Assembly (NCBI GenBank): GCA_017615095.1
Contig: JAGAAT010000022.1
Location: forward strand, 1 to 35,929
Direction of reading: 5' to 3'
DNA from: a bacterium
Lineage (GTDB): Bacteria > UBP6 > UBA1177
DNA: 35,929 bases
Positions within the stretch are counted from its first letter, which is position 1. Each line of letters opens with the position of its first letter. Shown here piece after piece: positions 16,036 to 24,069 of the stretch. The notes under the pieces are model-generated. The model was not told the origin of the DNA. It ran no database searches and worked only from the letters and a program-made list of their open reading frames with translations. Both the position numbers and the translations under genes were made by a program.

Positions 16036-18812
16036 CAAAGAACCTCGTCCTTAAACTCTTTATCGATGTAACATTCAATAATATCGCCTACTTCGATATC
16101 GTTGTAACCGTCGATCGTAGTTCCGCATTCGTAGCCGTTCTTGACCTCCTTGACATCGTCCTTGAAACGCTTCAGGGTCTCGAGCTTGCCGCTGTAGACA
16201 ACGACGTTGTCGCGGACGAGCTTGACCTTCGAGCCCTTCAGAACCCTGCCCTCGGTGACCATGCAGCCCGCGATCGTGCCGACCTTCCTTATTTTGAAGA
16301 TCTCGCGTACTTCGAGCTTGCCGATGTACTCCTCTTTGATGATCGGCGAAAGCTGACCTGACATCGCAGCCTTGATAGCGTCGATGAGTTCGTAAATGAT
16401 CGAGAAGATCTGGATACTTACGCCTTCGGACGCCGCAAGCTGCTTCGCCTTGTTGTCGACACGGACGTTGAAGCCGATGATCATTCCGTGGGAAGCGCTC
16501 GCAAGCAGGACGTCGTTCTCGTTGATGCCGCCTACACCGAAGTGGATGACCTTGACCTTGATCTTTTCGTGCTCGATCTTCGCGAGAGATGCGATGATCG
16601 CCTCGACGGAGCCGTCGACATCGCCCTTTACGATAACATTGAGATCCTTGACATCTTCGTGTCCCGGAGAGAAGAACTCGTCGATCGGTATGGGCTTCTT
16701 CTCGACATTCTTTTTCTCGCGCTGCTTGTTGATCCTGAGTTCGACCAGACCCTTAGCCTTCCTCTCATCTTTGAAAACATAGAGCTTTTCGCCTGCCGGC
16801 GGGACCATATCGAGACCGGTGATCTCGACCGCCATCGAAGGAGTAGCCTCTTTGACGCGCTTTCCGGTCCAATCCATCATGCTTCTGACGAAACCGATCG
16901 ATGTCCCTGTTACAACAAGGTCGCCGACCTTGAGCGTACCGTCCTTGACAAGTACCGTCGCAACGGGGCCTTTGCCCGGATCCATCCTCGATTCGATGAC
17001 AATTCCTTCAGCCGGCTTCGTAGGATCTGCCTTGAGATCCATCATCTCGACTTGCAGAAGGACAGCCTCAAGAAGACCGTCGATGTTTATGCGCTGCTTA
17101 GCCGAAATCTCGACAAAGAGGTTTTCGCCGCCGAGCTCCTCGGCAACGATCCCGTACTTCAAAAGCTCGTTTTTGACCTTCGCCGGATTCGCCGTCGGCT
17201 TGTCTATTTTGTTGATAGCAACGATTATCGGAACATTCGCAGCCTTCGCGTGGTTGATCGCCTCGACCGTCTGCGGCATGACGCCGTCGTCAGCAGCGAC
17301 GATAAGGATTACGACGTCCGTAGCCTGGGCACCGCGGCTTCTCATCGCCGTGAACGCCTCGTGACCTGGCGTATCGAGGAAGGTGATCTTGCCGCCGTTT
17401 ATCTCGACCGAGTATGCGCCGATGTGCTGCGTGATGCCGCCCGCCTCCCTGTCGACGATGTTGGTGTGACGGATCGCGTCGAGAAGCTTCGTTTTGCCGT
17501 GGTCGACGTGACCCATGACAGTTACGACCGGAGGACGCGGTACCATGTTTTCAGGATTGCTTTCGGTCACTTCGATATACGTCTCCTCGTTGAGAGCGAC
17601 ATTTTCAGCGGTAAATCCGAACTCCTCTGCAAGAAGCTGCGCCATGTCGTAGGGGATCTTGTCGTTGATACCGACCATTTCGCCCATCATCATAAGCTTG
17701 GAAAGCAGCTGCGCCGCCTTCAGACCCATCCTTCTGGCAAGCTCCGCGACCTGGACGAAATCTTCAAGCTTCAGGACCTTTTTGATCGCCTTAGTCGGGT
17801 TCACCTGAGCGACAGGCTGCTGCTTCTGCTGTTTGCGCTTATCCTTTTTTCTGCGCTTCTGCTCGTAGCCGCCGCCGGAATCTTCGGTGAACTGAGTGTA
17901 GTCTACACCCCTGAATTTACCGGTCAGATTGCTGTAGTTGCTGTATCCGCCCGAAGAGCTGTCTCCGCCGCCGCCCTTCCTCTGCTTCTGCTTGTTGAAG
18001 CGCTGCTGGTTGTTCGGCTGGCTTGCCGGGCTGCTGTCGAAATCTATGACCTTCTTCTTTCCGTTTTTGTTTTTGTCTTTGTGTTTGAAGCGGTCCTCAT
18101 CCTCCTCTTCCTCTTCATCCTCTTCAGGCTCAGGAGACTTTTTGGATTCAGGTTTTTCACGGTCGGACCCGGAATCAGAAGCATACTCATCGGGCTGCCC
18201 GTCATTCTCTTCCGCATCCTGCTGTTCACGGATCTTTCTAAGCTCATCCTCGATGCTTATAGGCGTCTCTCTCTCCTCTTCAGGCTCAGGTGCAGGTTCC
18301 TGCTGTACCGGCATTTCTGGAGTCTCGGCAGGCTGCGGTTCCGCCGCTTCCGCCGGCCTCTCCTCTTCAACAGGCTCAGGGATCTGAGGCTGCGGCTCAA
18401 AAACCGGCTCCTCGTTCTGACTCTGTTCAGCGAGCTTACGGCGCTCATCCTCCGGGATGAAGCTCCTCTGCCTCTCCCCTCTTACGCGTCTGACGACGAC
18501 AGTCTGCGGTTTTGTCTCCTCCAGCTCCGGTTCGGGCTGAGGCGCGGCAGGGCGCTTTCTGACGACAGCAGTCTGAGGTTTGGGCTCGGCTTCCGGCTGC
18601 GGTGCGGCAGGACGCCTTCTGACGACTGTCCCTGCGGCAGCTGCGCCTCCGGTATGGGAGAAATGATCCCGTACAGCCTTGAGATCGTCATCCTGAATAT
18701 TGAGAGACTTCATAGTGTACTTGTTACGGCTCTCCATATTCATGAGGACATCTTTGATCTCCTTTGGTTCGACATTAAGCTCAGTGGCAAGATCCTTAAT
18801 CTTAGTTGACAT
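16035..18812 (-). CDS. infB: Translation initiation factor IF-2
   Basis: G-domain motifs VMGHVDHGKTKLLD, DTPGHEAF and NKID. Long low-complexity Pro/Glu/Lys-rich N-terminal region. Canonical position after nusA/ylxR. Confidence 0.97.
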   Translation of the reverse strand: MSTKIKDLATELNVEPKEIKDVLMNMESRNKYTMKSLNIQDDDLKAVRDHFSHTGGAAAAGTVVRRRPAAPQPEAEPKPQTAVVRKRPAAPQPEPELEETKPQTVVVRRVRGERQRSFIPEDERRKLAEQSQNEEPVFEPQPQIPEPVEEERPAEAAEPQPAETPEMPVQQEPAPEPEEERETPISIEDELRKIREQQDAEENDGQPDEYASDSGSDREKPESKKSPEPEEDEEEEEDEDRFKHKDKNKNGKKKVIDFDSSPASQPNNQQRFNKQKQRKGGGGDSSSGGYSNYSNLTGKFRGVDYTQFTEDSGGGYEQKRRKKDKRKQQKQQPVAQVNPTKAIKKVLKLEDFVQVAELARRMGLKAAQLLSKLMMMGEMVGINDKIPYDMAQLLAEEFGFTAENVALNEETYIEVTESNPENMVPRPPVVTVMGHVDHGKTKLLDAIRHTNIVDREAGGITQHIGAYSVEINGGKITFLDTPGHEAFTAMRSRGAQATDVVILIVAADDGVMPQTVEAINHAKAANVPIIVAINKIDKPTANPAKVKNELLKYGIVAEELGGENLFVEISAKQRINIDGLLEAVLLQVEMMDLKADPTKPAEGIVIESRMDPGKGPVATVLVKDGTLKVGDLVVTGTSIGFVRSMMDWTGKRVKEATPSMAVEITGLDMVPPAGEKLYVFKDERKAKGLVELRINKQREKKNVEKKPIPIDEFFSPGHEDVKDLNVIVKGDVDGSVEAIIASLAKIEHEKIKVKVIHFGVGGINENDVLLASASHGMIIGFNVRVDNKAKQLAASEGVSIQIFSIIYELIDAIKAAMSGQLSPIIKEEYIGKLEVREIFKIRKVGTIAGCMVTEGRVLKGSKVKLVRDNVVVYSGKLETLKRFKDDVKEVKNGYECGTTIDGYNDIEVGDIIECYIDKEFKDEVL
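18486..18629 (-). repeat. Imperfect in-frame tandem repeat in the IF-2 N-terminal region (units TVVRRRPAAPQPEAEPKPQ / TAVVRKRPAAPQPEPELEETKPQ / TVVVRR)
   Basis: Direct reading of the translated sequence, aa 62-109. The matching DNA units are visible at about 18490-18620. Confidence 0.6.
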
Positions 18813-18815
18813 AAA

Positions 18816-19448
18816 TTACTTCTCCTGATGAGTAAAAAATCCTGACAAAAACATATAAAAAACGAGTTTTTTCGATTGTTCGGATGGTTTCAGCGCAAAA
18901 ACCGAAACCTCGCGCCCGTCAAAAAGGCTGCCGAGCTCCTCTTTTTTGAGACTGAGCCCGGTTCCGCGGATCCCGAGAGCGTTTTCGACCGAAGAGACTG
19001 TATTTTCCGCAGCATCTCCGGCAAAAAAGAGCTCTGAAAATTCCGTTCCGGAGCGTGCCGAATCGGCAATGAGGCTCTGTCCCTTCAGCAAAACCCCGCT
19101 GGAAATGCAGATGTTGAAGTAGTACTCCATCGACTTCCGTGCATTTTCCCTGACGAAATCAAATATTTGAGACTTTTCCACACCGAAACCGGCAAAATTG
19201 TCGCAGAAGGCTGGATTGAAGCGCTTCACTGAATAGATACCGCTCAGGCACTTCGGCGAAAAGCAGGTGTATACCGATCTTCCGCCGAATTTCTGTGTCC
19301 AGTCCGGCATGACCGTCCCGTTAACCGCGATCCACCGCAGAAGCTCGCCCTTCGGGGCGGTCTTCCCGCAGACGATGCAGCTGCGTTCTTTAGTGACGTG
19401 CCTGCCTTCTGGCACCTTTGTCGGCTCTGCGTGCTTTTTAGTCGTCAT
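18816..19448 (-). CDS. YlxR (DUF448) RNA-binding protein fused to a YlxQ / L7Ae-like domain
   Basis: The N-terminal half, RSCIVCGKTAPKGELLRWIAV...GGRSVYTCFSPKC, matches the YlxR pattern RTCxxC...ELxR...GRGxYxC....C. The C-terminal half, SGVLLKGQSLIADSARSGTEFSELFFAGDAAENT...ELGSLFDGREVSVFAL, aligns by eye with B. subtilis YlxQ (AGKVITGEETVLKAVRSGKAKLVLLSEDASANT...LGRSIGKEARVVVAV). It lies between nusA and infB. Confidence 0.8.
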   Translation of the reverse strand: MTTKKHAEPTKVPEGRHVTKERSCIVCGKTAPKGELLRWIAVNGTVMPDWTQKFGGRSVYTCFSPKCLSGIYSVKRFNPAFCDNFAGFGVEKSQIFDFVRENARKSMEYYFNICISSGVLLKGQSLIADSARSGTEFSELFFAGDAAENTVSSVENALGIRGTGLSLKKEELGSLFDGREVSVFALKPSEQSKKLVFYMFLSGFFTHQEK

Positions 19449-20997
19449 TCGTCTCTATTCTGCTGAAATCAAAAATCGCATCGGCCTCAGACTTGACGTT
19501 CTTCAGCGTCCTGCGGGTCCCGTTAAGCTCTTCGATATAGGTCAGAAGAGCGAAACGGATCTGTCTTGCACGGCGGACATGGATCTCTGCATTCTTCGCG
19601 AAGGAATCCGTATCGGGTTCGCTCTGGATGTCGGCAAGCGTGATGTAGCCGTGCTCGGCGAGACGCTGTGCAATATCTTCATTGACGCACTTCAGAGTGG
19701 TCGTCGGGACATCGAGCTTCTTCTCGAGAGCCTCGTCGATCTCGACTGTCTCGAGACCCGTCTCAAGCATCTTCTTTGCCTGCTCGATGATCGAATTAGC
19801 CTTTTCGGTCGAAATATCCGGAAGTTCGGCAAGGACCTCGGGTTCAACAACGGCAAGGTCTTCGAGCGTCGTATAGCCGAGCTTGATCAGCGAATCCGCA
19901 ATGCTTTCATCGATACCGTCGATGAAGAGCAGTCTCCTCTTCGCCTCTTCGAGCATCATCTGCATCTGGCTTTCGCTCTGGATATCGATGTTCCAGCCGG
20001 TGAGCTGGCTCGCAAGCCTTACGTTTTCACCGCCGCGGCCGATCGCTACCGAAAGCTGATCGTCGGGAACGATGACATCCATGCTGTGCGCACTCTCGTC
20101 GATGATGATCTGCGAGACCTCGACAGGAGAAAGCGTGTTGCAGATGTACTTTACGGAATCCTCGTCCCACGGGATGATGTCGATCTTTTCGCCGTTGAGC
20201 TCGTGAACGACATTCTGGATCCTCGTACCCTTCATGCCGACACACGCACCGACCGGATCTACATCGTGGTCGATCGATCTGACGCTGATCTTGGAGCGGT
20301 GTCCCGGATCTCTCGCAACGCCTTCGATCTTGACGATCTTCTCAGCGATTTCCGGCACTTCCAGTTCGAAAAGTTTGATTATGAATCTGGGGTCGATCCT
20401 CGTGAGCTTGATACTGCATCCCTGGTTGGATTCGGTGACATCGGAGATGAGCGCCTTGATCCTGTCGTTCGTCCTGAACCTTTCACGCGGGATCTGCTGA
20501 CTGTACGGAAGACACGCCTCAGCCTTGCCGATATCGACGAAAATCATGTTGCGCTCGATCCTTCTGACGGTACCCGTGACGATTTCACCCTTTCTATCCT
20601 TGAATTCGTCGTATGTGTTTTTGCTTTCGAGCGATTTGAGCTTCTGGAGAATGATCTGCTTTGCGACCTGAGCCGCGATCCTGCCGAGCTCCTCGGAGTC
20701 CATCTTGACGCCGATGCTGTCACCGACCATTACGTTGGAATCAAGCTTCCGTGCCTCTTCCAGCGAAATGTCGAGCAGTTCATCCTCGACGACGTCAACG
20801 ACCTCGCGGAAGTAGAGTGCCTGCAGATAGCCCGTCGAATCATCGTACTCGATATCTACATCGGCGCTTTCACCGAGTTTTTTCTTTACCGCACGGTAGA
20901 GAGCCTCCTTGATGATGTCAACGATGAGTTCACGCTTGATACCCTTCATTTTGACCAGTTGATCGATCAATTCCCTCAATTCAAATTTTTCGCTCAT
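19438..20997 (-). CDS. nusA: Transcription termination/antitermination factor NusA, long form with a C-terminal helix-hairpin-helix duplication
   Basis: N-terminus MSEKFELRELIDQLVKMKGI. S1 region GEIVTGTVRRIERNMIFVDIG. KH regions include GACVGMKGTRIQ and AIGRGGENVRLAS. AGGAG lies 7 nt upstream of the ATG at 20997. The track start at 21024 adds an Arg/Lys-rich extension and is unlikely. Confidence 0.95.
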   Translation of the reverse strand: MSEKFELRELIDQLVKMKGIKRELIVDIIKEALYRAVKKKLGESADVDIEYDDSTGYLQALYFREVVDVVEDELLDISLEEARKLDSNVMVGDSIGVKMDSEELGRIAAQVAKQIILQKLKSLESKNTYDEFKDRKGEIVTGTVRRIERNMIFVDIGKAEACLPYSQQIPRERFRTNDRIKALISDVTESNQGCSIKLTRIDPRFIIKLFELEVPEIAEKIVKIEGVARDPGHRSKISVRSIDHDVDPVGACVGMKGTRIQNVVHELNGEKIDIIPWDEDSVKYICNTLSPVEVSQIIIDESAHSMDVIVPDDQLSVAIGRGGENVRLASQLTGWNIDIQSESQMQMMLEEAKRRLLFIDGIDESIADSLIKLGYTTLEDLAVVEPEVLAELPDISTEKANSIIEQAKKMLETGLETVEIDEALEKKLDVPTTTLKCVNEDIAQRLAEHGYITLADIQSEPDTDSFAKNAEIHVRRARQIRFALLTYIEELNGTRRTLKNVKSEADAIFDFSRIETNDD

Positions 20998-21478
20998 TTT
21001 TCTTCTCCTCTTTCCAGACCTCATTTATCTTTTTAACAAAACCTTTTGCTATTACAAAATCGGAACCGTCGTCAAGGCGGACCGTGAATTCGCCCTTTTC
21101 GTCGTCGACCGAGACCAGTTCGGCGATGATCCTCTTGCGCCCCTGAACAAGCTCCGAAAGCTTTATTTTAAGCGTCTTTCCGATCGCGTTATGCAGTTCG
21201 TCCCAGCGTCTGTACGGTCTGTCCAGCCCCGGCGAACTGACCTCGAGATAGTAACGGAACGGGAAAAAGTCGTTCGCATCGAGGAAGTCGCTCACAACCG
21301 GACTGAAAAGACTGCACTCATCGATAGAGACCGGCTTTTCGCCCGAAAGCGTATCCAGATAGACCCTGAAAACGCCGTTCTGCCCTGTCGGCAGATCAAG
21401 CTCGACGACCTTCAGCCCCATTTTGTTTGCCAAAGGCTCAAGCTTTAAAAATATATCTTTCGCTCTCCCGCTCCACAT
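20981..21478 (-). CDS. rimP: Ribosome maturation factor RimP
   Basis: 165 aa. LEPLANKMGLKVVELDL and LEVSSPGLDRP (the conserved SPGxxRPL-type motif). Canonical position upstream of nusA. Confidence 0.9.
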   Translation of the reverse strand: MWSGRAKDIFLKLEPLANKMGLKVVELDLPTGQNGVFRVYLDTLSGEKPVSIDECSLFSPVVSDFLDANDFFPFRYYLEVSSPGLDRPYRRWDELHNAIGKTLKIKLSELVQGRKRIIAELVSVDDEKGEFTVRLDDGSDFVIAKGFVKKINEVWKEEKKNERKI

Positions 21479-21711
21479 TTAAAAACCTCACGCTTTGATG
21501 GTAAAAAAAGAAACACGCAGAGAATAGGGACAAGAACCTAAAACCGGAAGTTACATACTGTCATACGGAAAAAAATCAAGAAAAAATACGACACATTCAA
21601 AAATATGTTTTTTTTGCGCCTACCGGCCGGCCTGTGCATAAAATTATTTGTTTATTAAATCACAATAAGTATCATATTGCGTTTTTCTTCGTAACTGTAC
21701 TTTGCACCGCT

Positions 21712-22932
21712 ATGAATTTTGATGTTCTGAAAGATAAAAACGTACTGATGATCGTTTCGGGAGGCATTGCCGCCTACAAGTCCGTCCTGCTGCTCCGCGA
21801 GCTCACGAACTGCGGTGCCTCGGTACAGGTCGTCGGCACTGAAAACTCGCTGAATTTCGTCGGAAAGGCGACCTGGGAGGCTCTCTCCGGCAGGCAGCCG
21901 CTTTTCGGCACCTTCGAGACTCCGGATTCGTCAAAAATAACGCACATCACACTGGCTCAGGATGTCGATCTCATCATTGCTGCTCCCGCCACGGCGAACA
22001 TCATCGCAAAGGCTGCCTGCGGCATAGCCGACGATCTGGCGACATCGATCTTCGCTGCCGCAACGGCTCCCGTGCTGATCGCACCGGCTATGAACAGCGC
22101 GATGTACCGTAATCCCGCGAACCTGAAGAACATAGAGACACTTCAAGGCAGACCCGGTTTTCATGTGATGGCTCCGGCTTCGGGCGCACTTGCCTGCGGC
22201 TCAGACGGGATCGGCAGGATGGCGGAACCGCACGAGATCACGGTCGAAGCTGCCGGACTTCTCTCTCCGAAGCCTGCCCGCGGGACAAGCTGGCTGGTCA
22301 CCGGCGGTGCGACCCGCGAATATATCGACCCGGTCAGGTTCATCTCGAACGGTTCATCCGGCAGGACTGCCTTTGAAATCGCCGATGCAGCACATGCCGC
22401 AGGCGGAGAGGTAACGCTTCTGGGAGTCAACGCAGAGCCGGCTTTCAATCCCGGATACACCTTCCTGAAAAGTTCTACGGCGGCAGAAACAGCCGGTATC
22501 GTAAAAGAAAACGTCAGGAACGCGGATATTTTCATAATGACCGCCGCGATCGCCGACTACTCGCCGGTCAAGGCTCCAAGCAAGATAAAAAAGGGCGAAG
22601 CCTCTATTTCGCTCACGCTTGACAAAACGACCGACATCCTCGCCGCATCAGCAGACTGGACGAAGCCCGGCGCCGTAAGGATCGGATTCGCCGCAGAGAC
22701 GGACGACCTCGAAAAGAACGCACTTGCCAAGCTGAAAAGGAAAAAACTCGATCTCATCGTTGCCAACAGAGTCTCGGACGACTTTTCGCCATTCGGCTCC
22801 GAAAGCAATTCGGTCCTTTTCATCACGGAAAATTCGACCGAAGAGTTCAAAAACATAACGAAATGCAAACTAGCACAGCTTTTAGTCGAAAGGGCTGTAG
22901 CCATTTATCGGGTAAAACATGGAAACGATTAA
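21712..22932 (+). CDS. coaBC: Bifunctional phosphopantothenoylcysteine decarboxylase / phosphopantothenate-cysteine ligase
   Basis: CoaC part: VLMIVSGGIAAYKSV, IAAPATANIIAKAACGIADDL, PAMNSAMY. CoaB part: VTGGATREYIDPVRFISNGSSGRTA. I chose the ATG at 21712 (MNFDVLKDKNVLMIV). The track start at 21634 is a GTG that adds a non-homologous hydrophobic leader. Confidence 0.93.
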   Translation: MNFDVLKDKNVLMIVSGGIAAYKSVLLLRELTNCGASVQVVGTENSLNFVGKATWEALSGRQPLFGTFETPDSSKITHITLAQDVDLIIAAPATANIIAKAACGIADDLATSIFAAATAPVLIAPAMNSAMYRNPANLKNIETLQGRPGFHVMAPASGALACGSDGIGRMAEPHEITVEAAGLLSPKPARGTSWLVTGGATREYIDPVRFISNGSSGRTAFEIADAAHAAGGEVTLLGVNAEPAFNPGYTFLKSSTAAETAGIVKENVRNADIFIMTAAIADYSPVKAPSKIKKGEASISLTLDKTTDILAASADWTKPGAVRIGFAAETDDLEKNALAKLKRKKLDLIVANRVSDDFSPFGSESNSVLFITENSTEEFKNITKCKLAQLLVERAVAIYRVKHGND

Positions 22933-23383
22933 CACGAAAGAACAAAAGCTGACCGAGACCCAGGAGGATTATCTCGAGGCGATCCTCGAGCTTCTGGAGA
23001 CTAAACGCGAAGTCAGGAACATGGATCTCGCAGACAACTTCGGCGTAAAGCGGGCGACCGTCACCCGCGCTTTGCAGCTTCTGACGCGCAAGGGGCTTAT
23101 TGTTCACAGGATGAACGGCAACATCACCCTGACCGACACCGGTCACGAAATCGCCGCAGATATCCGCGAAAGACATGTGCTGTTCAGCCATTTCTTCAAG
23201 GATATCCTCAGCCTTGACGAGACCGAGGCCAGCGATACGGCATGTAAAATCGAACATTCGATCTCCGGAACGGCTCTTCACAACTTCCGCGAGTTTATAA
23301 AAAAGGTCGATAACTGCGGCTGTTTCATAGCCGGCAGCCCCCGTGAAGACAAAACAGAAACAGATGAAAAAACCGGAGAGTAG
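22919..23383 (+). CDS. DtxR/MntR-family metal-dependent transcriptional repressor
   Basis: LTETQEDYLEAILEL, then the wHTH DLADNFGVKRATVTRALQLLTRKGLI, then TLTDTGHEIAADIRERHVLFSHFF and ACKIEHSIS. The C-x-x-E-H arrangement resembles the DtxR/IdeR primary site (Cys102/Glu105/His106) rather than the E-x-x-E-H of MntR. There is no SH3-like C-terminal domain. The gene overlaps the end of coaBC by 14 nt. Confidence 0.87.
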   Translation: METINTKEQKLTETQEDYLEAILELLETKREVRNMDLADNFGVKRATVTRALQLLTRKGLIVHRMNGNITLTDTGHEIAADIRERHVLFSHFFKDILSLDETEASDTACKIEHSISGTALHNFREFIKKVDNCGCFIAGSPREDKTETDEKTGE

Positions 23384-23389
23384 CCGCCT

Positions 23390-24040
23390 ATGCTGAAAGT
23401 CTTTCATCCAGGAGAGTCGATAGTCCGCGAAGGGATCTTTTCGGATTCGCTTTTTCTCATCAGGAGCGGAGCTGTAAAGATCGAGACGCGCGGCGAGAGC
23501 TATACCCTCTCCGAAGGCGACTGTTTCGGCGAAGAGTGCTGCCTCTTCCGGAGACCCTCCCCCTATTCAGCAGTAGCCGGTCGTGAAACGCAGCTCGAGA
23601 CGATGGATCAGGCAGAGGCATCTGACTTTCTTGCAAAGAACGCCGATGCGGCATTCAGGATGTTCGTCCGCAACTCGGCAAGGCTCTACGACGGGATCGA
23701 ACCTCTCTCCCGCTACAGCCGGCAGCATGTAGAGCTCCTTTCGCTTGCATTCCGCTTCGCCCTTCAGGACAAAGAGACTATCCTCGAAGATCCTGAAGAG
23801 ACATTTGTCGCCGAAATTACAGGCGCGATCGGCATAAACAGAGACAACCTGTTTGATTTATTGAAAATATTCGGCAGTTTTGGTTATATAGGGCTCACTG
23901 ATGACGGAAAGATCCGCATCACGGCCCGGGAAAAGATCTCAGAGTTTTTGAAAGAATGTGCAAAAAGAAGACTCGCGGAGGGAGTCGATCTCAGCACAGG
24001 CTTCGGGAACTCGAGTTTTTTGAAAAGCGTTACAATGTAG
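23390..24040 (+). CDS. Crp/Fnr-like protein: cyclic-nucleotide-binding-type beta-roll plus a C-terminal wHTH
   Basis: FHPGESIVREGIFSDSLFLIRSGAVKIE...GDCFGEE fits the cNMP-binding fold. The C-terminal segment VAEITGAIGINRDNLFDLLKIFGSFGYI looks like a Crp-type HTH. The beta-roll starts almost at residue 1, so the N-terminus is unusually short. Confidence 0.72.
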   Translation: MLKVFHPGESIVREGIFSDSLFLIRSGAVKIETRGESYTLSEGDCFGEECCLFRRPSPYSAVAGRETQLETMDQAEASDFLAKNADAAFRMFVRNSARLYDGIEPLSRYSRQHVELLSLAFRFALQDKETILEDPEETFVAEITGAIGINRDNLFDLLKIFGSFGYIGLTDDGKIRITAREKISEFLKECAKRRLAEGVDLSTGFGNSSFLKSVTM

Positions 24041-24069
24041 ATTACACAACTTGACAAAGGGTTTTAACT

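Noticed and set aside
16488-18809. 773-aa plus-strand ORF antisense to infB. Similar long antisense ORFs lie at 19267-21036 (opposite nusA), 12137-13375 (opposite the C25-like gene) and 7637-8695 (opposite the amylase).
   Set aside because: The ORFs opposite infB and nusA are codon-aligned with the sense genes (offsets are multiples of 3). They only show that the sense genes avoid TTA, CTA and TCA codons. Their translations are Arg/Leu/Asp-rich and low-complexity, with no recognisable motifs. The sense-strand genes are unambiguous.
21479-21711. The largest intergenic region (233 nt, divergent rimP / coaBC). I checked it for tRNA, small RNA, riboswitch and DtxR-type palindromes. It contains a 17-codon mini-ORF (ATGTTTTTTTTGCGC...) and a CCGGCCGG palindrome.
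   Set aside because: It is AT-rich with no cloverleaf-capable or conserved riboswitch-like structure that I can see. No extended inverted repeat is present. The mini-ORF has no SD. It is most simply a divergent promoter region.
23381-23392. The DtxR-like and Crp-like ORFs are in the same reading frame, separated only by TAG plus two codons (…KTGE-stop-PP-MLKVF…). The Crp-like beta-roll starts abnormally close to its N-terminus. This raised the possibility of readthrough or a split gene.
   Set aside because: Two adjacent genes share a frame by chance 1 time in 3. GGAGAG lies about 9 nt upstream of the ATG. The DtxR-like C-terminal tail is acidic linker-like and does not resemble the missing N-terminal part of a cNMP domain. 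It is worth a glance in orthologues only.
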